A DNA stretch of 64,000 nucleotides. Source: the human T2T-CHM13v2.0 reference genome, Homo sapiens. The notes beneath the pieces were generated by a model. It saw nothing but the letters and a program-made list of their open reading frames with translations, ran no database searches and was not told the origin of the DNA. The stretch is taken from the NCBI RefSeq assembly GCF_009914755.1, contig NC_060925.1. The stretch is one strand, 5' to 3'. The position numbers and the translations under genes are program-made. Shown piece by piece: positions 54,225 through 64,000 of the stretch (position 1 is its first letter; the number at the start of each line of letters is the position of its first letter).

Positions 54225-54728
54225 TGTGTGTTTTGTATAGTAAAGAATTTAATCTTATTCAAGGAGAGATATGGCTTTGTCCTTGTCTTCTGGAAGGTAA
54301 TATCTAAGCCCTTGGAACATTGTTTCTGACAGGAGTGTAACAATGTGATTTAGGGCAGGGGGTTGGCTATGCCAGGCATTCCAACAATGTGATTTGATGT
54401 GGGAGCCTTGGGTCACCGAGTAACAGCTTGACCTCTAGAGGGGCTGGACACTGGATGAGCCATGTGTGTAGTCAGCTGTGCCTGCAGATGGAGTGCCAGC
54501 AAGGACTCTGGGCACCAAGGCCTGGGTGAGCTTCCCTGGTTGGCAACACTCTGACCTTATTGTCACACTTGAAGACAACACTTTCCATGACTGTGCAGAA
54601 AGGACAACCGGAAGCTCTGAATTTGGAACCTTCCTGGACTCTGCTCTATGTGCCTCTTCATTTGGCTGATTTTATTCCCTATCCTTTAGCTGTGATACAC
54701 TGTAGCCACGTGTATAGCAGCTTTATGG
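54147..54728 (+). mobile_element. MER21 (C/B-like) LTR
   Basis: gtaatatctaagcccttggaa..actctgggcaccaaggcctgggtgagcttccctggttggcaacact. Confidence 0.8.
54168..54230. repeat. (TC)n(TG)n compound microsatellite
   Basis: ~19 TC units followed by ~12 TG units. Confidence 0.97.
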
Positions 54729-54934
54729 AGCCATCTATCATTCACCAGAAGCTGTGTCCAAGGATACATAATTTCACTCTTAAAATCATCTATGGTTTCG
54801 GCTGGGGTAGGTATTGTTGAAGCATTTCTGTTCTGAACTCAGAGTGCATAAAATAAAGATTAAGAGTAATGGCTTTAAGAATTCACTAAAAATTCTTGAA
54901 CTTTACGCCTTCCTCAGTTTCATATTGTAGTTTC

Positions 54935-55226
54935 CTTCTTTCTTTCTTTTTGTTGGGGGACAGGGTCTGGTGCTATCGCCCAGGCCGGAGTACAGTGGCC
55001 CAATCATGGCTCACTGCAATCTCTGCCTCCTGGGCTCAACAGATCCTCCTGCCTCAGCCTCCTGAGGAGCTGGGACCACAGACAAGCACACTCAGCTAAT
55101 TTTTGTATTTTTTTGGTAGAGATGGGGTATTGTCCAGGCTGGTCTTGAACTCCTGGACTCAAGCAATCTGCCCACCTCGGCCTCCCAAAGTGCTGGGATT
55201 ACATGTGTGAGCTACCATGCCCAGCC
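54935..55226 (-). mobile_element. AluJ
   Basis: Diverged dimer; TSD tgtagtttc. Confidence 0.9.
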
Positions 55227-56619
55227 TGTAGTTTCTTTTTGATGATTATCCGGGAAGGGATTCGAGAGGAGCTACAGTCAGCACATCTAAGTCTGCAACT
55301 AGTCCTGAGTGGGAGCAGCTTATTCAGGGGAGAAGTAGGGTGGCTGAGTCCTTTCCCTTAGCAGCAAGGTGGATATTGGAGCACAGAACAATTGCCACGA
55401 CATGGCTTTAAGGCTTAAGTCTAGGAAGAATTGGGAGGATTTCCCAAAGGAAGTTCAGTGGCAAAAATGTGTGAGTTTTAATGTACAGGAAAAAAATTAC
55501 AAAATAACAAAAATCTGTCTGTGGTTATCAATCAGCCTCCTATTTGTATTTTCATCCCTACTTTCTGTTATCCAGTTTAAGGGTCATGCATGCATGTGGC
55601 TCATGGGACATTGAAGCCACACCTATCACCAGAGCTTCACTTCATATCACGAACTTTATTCCCACACATATTCTTCAGAGCATAGTATAGCTTCTCAGGT
55701 AATTTAAAATCAGTGGTTAATTAGATAACAGATTATTCGTAGGTGATTCTCCCATGGAGATTTAAACTCAAAGATGTTTGTGTTGTTAAATACTCTTGGC
55801 ACTTCTCCTTCCAGGTACACAGTAGGTTTGTATTTTCTAGCCGTATTTGGTGAGGAGGGGGCATGTAACTAGTTCCGGCTCAAGGTGTGAGCCGAAGAGT
55901 TGGGTGCCGCTACTTGGCTAGAGAATGTAATTACCAAAGTAAAACCATCAAGACCTCTACCTCTAAGGCATTAACTGAAGGAAATCATGATAGTAACTGG
56001 CTAATGACACTGTTGTAAAGATTGAATTTTCACAGTGTCTACTAAGTGGTTAGCATAGAGTTCAACAAATATTAACTATTTAATAAATATTAGTCATTAA
56101 CCTGTCACAATTTGATATGATAATATAGCAACATTTTATAAATAAGCTGTCACAAAAAATTTATTCCATACATCCAATCATGTCTTTAGAATGAAGTCAT
56201 GATTTTCCACTGTCAAACAATTGAATAATTTTAAAAATATTAATGTTGGGTGAATAAATTAGTAGTAAGTAAATATGTACAAAAAAAGATTTTTTGGGCT
56301 TTATGAATAAGTTGACTCTTTGAATCACCCCCGCACACATTCTCTTGTCCTCCCTGGGAGGCTGCCTGACAAAGTTGAACTCAGAACCTTCAAAGTTGAA
56401 CTTAGAGGCATATAAATGCAGCTCCCTAAATTAATAGTTTTGTGATGCTGGGAAAGTTGCTTAAACTCTTTGACAGGTAGATTCCTCCTTTTTTAAATTT
56501 GGCTGATTCAAAATGTATTGTGATGTTTATATTAAATATATAAGCACACACACACATTAAATTTGCCAAGAACATCTCCTGTCTTCTGAAAACAAAATCT
56601 CCTACATTATGTTTTGGGA

Positions 56620-57340
<721 letters not shown>

Positions 57341-57518
57341 TTAAGAGTTTTATTTTTTGTTTGGTTTATTTTAATTGTTTTCATTTTTTGATAATTTTCA
57401 TGTTTTGATCAGTTAAACTAAATGAACTGTAATGCTCTTTAGTCCCTGGTACATAGAGGTTGCTCAGTAAATTTCCTTTTTCATGTTTCTTTTGTTCTAT
57501 TTTTAATTTTATTTAGAA

Positions 57519-58846
57519 CAGCTGTTCCAAAGGATGGTATTCAAGACCCATGCAGGGGGTGTGCACAATCAAAGCTGGGCATTATTGGCCCTTCTGCTAT
57601 GTTGGAACTTGCACCAACGGTTCAAAAATAGTGGTGGTTAAAATAGCTGGGGCCTGAGCACCAATCAAGGCAGAAGTACCCAACTATGCATGGGGCCATT
57701 ATATTCTTCTGCACACACTGCAGAAAGGAAACAACAACAACAAAAACAAAAAAACAACAAAAAACCCAGCCAGTTTCATGTAAGAATGTCCTGAAAAAAG
57801 TAGTATAAAATTACTAATTTTATGTAATCTTGAGTACATGCTTTAAAAATATTCTGTGTGGTGAAATGGGACGTACACATTAAGTACTTCCGCTACATAC
57901 CAAGGACAATGATGGTCCTGGGGAAAAGTACTTGTAAGATTGAGTTGCAAGCTGTGCTTGCTGCTACTTTTCATGGAACACCATTTTTACTTTAAAAACA
58001 TGACTGACAGACAAACTATAGGTATTCAGATGTGGTTTGTCACTGTAAGGGAAACAACTGATAAAATTAAAACTTTCAAGCAAAAATTAGAATATTGCAG
58101 AACTCATATCAACCACTGAACTTGACAGTTTCTCAGCACTAAAAGACTTTTTCTGATAAAATTAGTGGCGACTTTAGCAAATGTGACTTTTTAGTATTGT
58201 ACGATTAATATGACAACATTTGGAAGATCTGCTTAACTGAGTGAAACAGTATTTTTCCAATGACCAATGTGTGATGTTACAAAATCATTCATGGTAAAAT
58301 GTCCATTCACAGTGCAGAACAGACCAGTGGATTTTAATGTAACTGAGTTTAAAATGCCTTTGCATATAGTTTCACATTTTTATTGCAAAAATATTAAGAA
58401 ACTACCACTTGTATAATTTTTGGGTCATATTGAAGAAGAATAATCACAGTTATCTGTAAAGGCAATTGAAAATCTCATCACTTTTCAGCTACCTGTATGT
58501 GTTAGACTAGATTATTTTTTACATACTTGAACCAAAACAACATATTGCAACTATTTGAATGCAGAAGCAGCTATATGAATCTAATTCAGTTCTTCAGCAA
58601 GAAATTAAAGAAATTTTCAAAAATATAAAGCAGTGTGACTCTGTGCTATTTTACTCCCATTATGGAAATACAGTTATTTCCATGTGTTAACATGTTATGT
58701 GTGTTTAAAAAATGTCTGTTTAAATTTACTTAAATTTAAAATACAGTAAATAGCATAGGTATAACCCACATAAACAGAAGCTCTTTGGTGTCCCCAGTAA
58801 TAGCAGTGTAAAGATGTTCTGAAGCCACAAAGTGTGGTAACCACTT
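57519..58846 (+). mobile_element. Charlie1-family hAT DNA transposon with decayed transposase
   Basis: aatattctgtgtggtgaaatgggacgtacacat..ctacatacc..gatggtcctggggaaaagtacttg matches the ILC.EMG.TH..LLHT..RW.S.GKVL hAT motif; TSD atttagaa/acatagaa. Confidence 0.82.
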
Positions 58847-58859
58847 ACATAGAACATCC

Positions 58860-59212
58860 TTTCCTTGTCTGGTCATTCCTTTAATGTATGCCTAATGCCC
58901 ACAAATGCATTATTGTCCCTCCCTATGTTTGTTCCTTACTGGGATAATATTCCTTCACTTTTGTGCCCAAATGAATTATTTTGATCTTTAAATAGTCAAC
59001 TAAAACTTCTTTTTCCAGATTTCCCCTATTTTCTGCCATAATAATTTGTACAAGTGCTTATTATAAAACTTGCTGCATGTAATAATCTGTTCACATAGCT
59101 GATGCTTCACTGGACTGTGAGATCTTAAAGGACAGACACTCTTTTAGTCATTAATGCATCAGGACCTGGAAAAAGGTCCAGATCCCCGTAAGCACTCCAC
59201 TGAAATTTTGTT
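58860..59212 (+). mobile_element. L2 fragment
   Basis: cactggactgtgagatcttaaaggacagacac..gtaagcactccactgaaattttgtt. Confidence 0.55.
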
Positions 59213-61124
59213 CTTGAAAGACTGAGTTTTTCAGCTTCAGAACTCCATGCTCTTTTGCTCCCTTACCATAGAGCACAGTAAGCAAGATGCCAGGAATGGA
59301 GGCTCATGGCCAGGCTTCAAAGAGAAAGCAATCAGAAGGAGAAAAGCCATATTTTGGCTCTAGGGATTCTGGAGATCCTCAAAGATTTCCAGCATTTCTC
59401 AGGTGCCTGTGGTAGGCAACATCCACTTTCCATTGACAGCTTCTACCCATAAAATTACAACAAACAAGAGCTATCCCGAAATATTCGGAGCAGCTAATGA
59501 AAACAGGAGCTATCCTGAAACACTCAGACCAGTTTATGAAAAGATAACTGCCAACTGGCATTATCTACTGGAAGCAACACAGCCGCATGGCACGGGGGCT
59601 TTTCCAAAACTTTTCTAATTGGATGAAAGTGAGAACATTTCTCAAGATTAATAAGGGTGTCAAATCATGTCCAGCTGGCAGCCCCAGGGCCTCACCAAGT
59701 GTTTAATCACACAACATGTGAGCATAAAAGCAGCATTAAGCAGCAGCCTAGAGACCTTACTTCTAGGAAGTCAGCACCTCTTCCCAGATGCCACGTTTAC
59801 TCTTACCTGTCATTACTAACCACTGTCTAAGACTGAAATTGAGAGTAAATAGCAACCTCTTTTCTGCAGAAAACCTTGTCCAAAAAAAGCAAATATTACT
59901 TACACCACAAGCAAATCTGACATCTTCCATGCTGTTCCCATCTGCTTCAGATATTCATACTGGACAGTTTTCAAATGACAGCAGATGTCCCAGCTAGAAA
60001 AAAAAATTTAATCAGCTGAAAAGTATGTCATTACCTAGCTAATTTTATAGTTTCAGAAGCCAGAAATGGTATTGCTTTTGGTTATCACCCTGATTCCTCA
60101 GATTATAATCAGCTCTTTTAAAAAATGAATGGTGTTTGCTTAGACACCTAGAGTTTATTTTATAAATACATCTTTACACATAGGTTCCAGATGAGGATGC
60201 TGCACTGAATGTTTGGTCTTTAAGTAAGCTTAGGAGAAAATTCTTCAAATCCGTAAAAAATTGTGTATAATGACAAAAGAAGGCAGTGTCAGATGTAAAA
60301 GACAATAACTTTTGATTATTTAGTGTAGCTCATGCCTAATAATCAACTATAGAAAACGTCCTCTTTCTTTCTTTTTGTTTATTTATATTTAGCCACCATT
60401 AATCAATATCTTTCATTTGTGTTTTGTGTAAAATGAAAGTGATCATCAATAGGCAAAGCTGATATATCCTCTCCTCCTTTTTTACTTGCATTAATTTGAA
60501 GAATTTGGCTACAATAAAGCGGTGAACCCCACACCTACTTGAGAACATGTAGTAGACAAAAACTGCTTAAAATGGACCGAATGTTCTTTTGGATGTTGTA
60601 TTTCCTAATAACCAATTGTAATAATATGATGTCATATGGGCACTGTTGTGTAACTCAGGATAAGTTGAAAATAATCTATTGTTTTGCTATCAGGTTGTGG
60701 TCTGGGAACCAGCAGGCAGGACCACCATACATACCAGCAAAATAATGAGACTAGATGGGATATATAAAAAGAGATGAAGCCAATGAAAGGAAGTAGCTTA
60801 GTTCATATCACTTAGTAGGTACAAAATAGATAGTTCTAAGTTGCAAATTCTATCAAGCCCACAATATACAAGGTTTGATAATTCAGGTACAATATAGTGG
60901 AAGGCCCCAAATCTACCTGGTTGGGCGTGTATAAACAAAGACTGCTTAATGTCTAGCAAGTGTTCTTTCTGACATTGAGTTAAGGGTCCACTCCTTTGGA
61001 AGGATGGTGAGGAACAATGGCTTTTACCTACAGAATGGGGGAAGGTTCATTCTTAATAGACTGCTATGGGTTTTCCTCAATTCTGTATTTGTCAATTTGG
61101 CGTCTATTTATCACAGGATCAATT

Positions 61125-61605
61125 ATATTAGCTATATTTTCTGACTCTTTTGTATTGTCGATGATCTAGCATTTGAGGGCCTTGCAGAACAAGGAAAGAC
61201 TAGCCTTCCCAGAGCTAGCTAACTCCTAAAGAGAAGAACAAACTGCCTAAGAGCACATCCATGATATGCAAAGCACTCAATCCTGAGTCTATAGTCCCAA
61301 CAATCCCCTTACCTCACCCTCACACACCAAGCCAATATTTCCTCCATCCAAATCATCCTAGGGCCAGGTACAGGCCACTAGAGACCACTCCTGTAGCCCC
61401 AGTCCTGCTGGAATTCATTCAAACTAACCAACCCAAAACTCTTTTCCCTGCCCTGCCTTACATTTCCCACCAAAACCTCAATTAAGGCTCTGGTATTGAC
61501 TGTTTCCTGTCTTGTCTTCTGCTACCTGATCAAAACCTGGTGCTTCCTTTGAGACACTGTATGGTGTCCAATGACCCCCTCTTCAGGTAATGTCAGAAAT
61601 ACATT
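61125..61605 (+). mobile_element. MER74/MER73/MER54-like ERVL LTR
   Basis: cttcccagagctagctaactcctaaaga..atatgcaaa..agggccaggtac..actagagaccactcct. Confidence 0.7.
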
Positions 61606-61609
61606 ATCT

Positions 61610-61892
61610 GAAATAAGAAACACCTCAAACAGCGTTAACAACACATTAGGCACTGTGGATCAGTGAACATAAAGCCATAGCAAGATAAAGTATCAAAAAT
61701 GAAGCTCCGAAAGATGAAAAAGTAAACAAAAAGTGAAACAATCGTCAGTGAGCTGTGGTATATCAAGCAGGTAATCATTTATAAAATTAGAATACCAGCA
61801 TAAGAGGCAGAGGAAATATAGTTTTAAAAATAATGCTCCCAAATTTACAAGATTAATAAAAACTGTAAAACTACAGATTCAAGATGCTCTAG
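61610..61892 (+). mobile_element. Old L1 ORF1 fragment
   Basis: cagtgagctgtggtata..aaataatgctcccaaattt..cagattcaagatgctc. Confidence 0.65.
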
Positions 61893-62778
61893 TGAAACAG
61901 GATAGTTTTCTGACCCCTTTGCAGGCAGGAACTGGAGTACATGAGTGCTGGAGTCAGCTGGTCATTCTGGCACCAGCAGGGACAGACTCCACCCACCCGA
62001 ACCTGCTGTGTTCCACCCCTCATGGGAGGGAAGACACAGGTGAGCAGGTGCAGGACCTGGGGCAAGTGCTTTTGGGTGCCGGCTTGAGCCAACTCTGTAG
62101 CAGCCCTGCAGCAGCATCTGGGAGGTACCTGCGCCTCCTGAGGCCCCAGAGGAAGTGTTACAGTGCTCTTTTAGCTTGGCCATCCATGGACAACTTAACT
62201 GACAACAGCTCAGTGGACCCTCTGCCTTTTCATGTGAGGCAGCTGCCTTCCACCAGCGAGAGCAAAGGGTTAGTGTGAGAGCCTTTTGCATCCACATTCT
62301 TGGCCCCTGAGTTCTTGTCCAACATCCAGGAAGAATGAGGTTGCACAAACGAATTGAAGGTGGTAAATATGAGGGATTTTATTGCTGATGAGAATGGCTA
62401 TCAGCAGAAAGAGGAGCTGAAAAGGGGACGGAGTAGGAAGGTAATCTTCCCCTGAAGTCCGGCTGTCCCCAGCCAGACTCCTCTCTGAAGCTATGCCATC
62501 AAACTGTCCCTCTCAAGTCAAGCTACTTCTCTCTGGCATCCAACCGTAGCGTCTGATGTCCAGTGACTTCTCTTCTCTGCCAACTGAGTTCTGGGATTTT
62601 TATGGGCACAAGATGAGGGGTGGGGCAGGCCATGGATGGTTTTGGAAAAGGCAACATTCGTGTGGGAAAACAGGGATATAAGTTTTCACTTTGGGCTGTG
62701 GTATCACACTTGAGGGTGGGATTTTTTCAGGGACCCGCCCTTTTCTACCTAGAATTTCCCTGCCTCCTGCCTCTATCA
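61893..62778 (-). mobile_element. LTR1/LTR27/LTR28/MER52-type ERV1 solo LTR
   Basis: Reverse complement starts TGATAGAGGCAGGAGGCAGGGAAATTCTAGGTAGAAAAGGGCGGGTCCC; GC-rich body. Confidence 0.8.
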
Positions 62779-62919
62779 TTGTATCACTGGGACCTCCAGG
62801 TGCAATAATTGTCTTCCTTCCAAGCCTCATTCTCAGTTTCTCCTGTGGCCTCACTAACTTTCCTATTCTATATCAAACATTTACATGCTTAGAATAAGAC
62901 TAATAATATGTGTCCACTT

Positions 62920-63552
62920 ATGGTGAACAAAATACACCCACCCACTCCCCCCACAACAAGAGAAGTTAATGCCCTAATCCCTGGAAACTTCAAATATGTT
63001 ACCTTACAGGGCAAAAAGGACTTAGCAAATATAAATAAGGTCACAGACCTTAAAATAGGGAGAAAATCCTGGATTCTCCAGGTAGGCCATATTTAATCTG
63101 TGGAGTCATCAGAAACAGAGAACTTTCTCTGGTTCTCTGGAGTAGAAGAGACACAGCAAAAGAGGAAGTCAGAGAAATCCAAAGCATGAAGAGAACTCAG
63201 CCCTGTGCCATTGCTTGTCTGAAGACGGAGAGGTCAATGGGACAAGGAATGCAGGCTGCCTGGAGGAGCTGGGAGAGACTCCCATGTGACAACAGCAGGC
63301 AAAAAAAAAATGGAACCTCAGCCTTATAACTGCAAGGAACTGAATTCTGCCAACAACCTGAATGAGCAGCTTGGAAGTGGATTCTCCCCAAGAGCCTCCA
63401 GATAAGAGCCCAGGCTGGCTGACATCCAGAGTAAGGAAATCAGTCAAGCCAATGCAGACCTCTGACCTGCAAAGTTCTGAGATTGTACATTCATGTTGTT
63501 TTAAGCTTCTAAATTTGTAGTAATTTGATACAATAGCAATAGACAATGATAT
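62920..63552 (+). mobile_element. MLT1D/E MaLR LTR
   Basis: gccctaatccctggaa..tatgttaccttacagggcaaaaagga; aactgcaaggaactgaattctgccaacaacctgaatgag. Confidence 0.85.
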
Positions 63553-64000
63553 GCCATTCTTAAAGGCAAAAACAAAAACAAAGAAATCCAACAACTCCAG
63601 GGCAGTCAAATCCTATGTTTCTCTTAAGGGTCATGGTTTCTTTGGGAATTATGCTTTAATTTCTAGGCATAAGAACAATATTATTTTCTTATTGGGTACC
63701 ATTGCACACATTTAGAAAAAGAAGAAATGAATATGGAATATTGATGTGGTCAATGATCTTGTCTGTTATTAGATCACATTTCCAGTGGGCAGTGTGGAAG
63801 GAGGTATTGTGAGATAATAAAACCCTGATTAGTATATGAATATAATATTTACACAAAAGTTATCATTAAGGTGCAATCTCAGTGTAAATTTGAGACTAGA
63901 CTGTGCCCTACCACATGAAAATGGGATATGGGCTGTAAGCTTTTATATTTCTTTGTGGCAGACACCATAATCCCATTCAGCTTCTGTATATGAAAAGTTT

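Noticed and set aside
59462-59539. Direct repeats here, at 13846-13922 and at 16993-17040 as a CRISPR-like array
   Set aside because: Only two copies each, no regular repeat-spacer series, eukaryotic context and no cas genes.
61889-62897. Several 60-130 aa ORFs
   Set aside because: Lie within a GC-rich ERV1 LTR; no recognisable domain.

Overview
Primate (human-like) AT-rich, CpG-poor intergenic or intronic DNA dominated by transposable elements. I find no supportable host protein-coding gene, RNA gene or CRISPR array. Nearly all ORFs in the track are Alu, LTR, L1 or microsatellite artefacts. The real coding remnants are a defective ERV1 gag/pro/env, a fragment of young L1 ORF2 and a decayed Charlie1 transposase. 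The first ~13 kb is an old antisense L1 carrying a deep nest of LTR insertions, including a 5.5-kb pol-deleted provirus (4077-9585) with a tRNA-Ile primer-binding site and an ERV-V-like env TM. The most unusual structures read directly from the sequence are: (1) a ~240-bp locally templated copy of unique DNA from 44.3 kb inserted into a MER1B transposon at 39.55 kb; (2) an apparent fossil L1 3' transduction that carried L2 sequence into the provirus leader; (3) a textbook twin-primed L1PA insertion; (4) an Alu-tail (AAAAG)12/(GAA)21/(GA)n compound repeat. I see no evidence for a wholly new biological system. Repeat subfamily names come from recalled consensus sequences and need RepeatMasker/Dfam confirmation; divergence values are hand counts.
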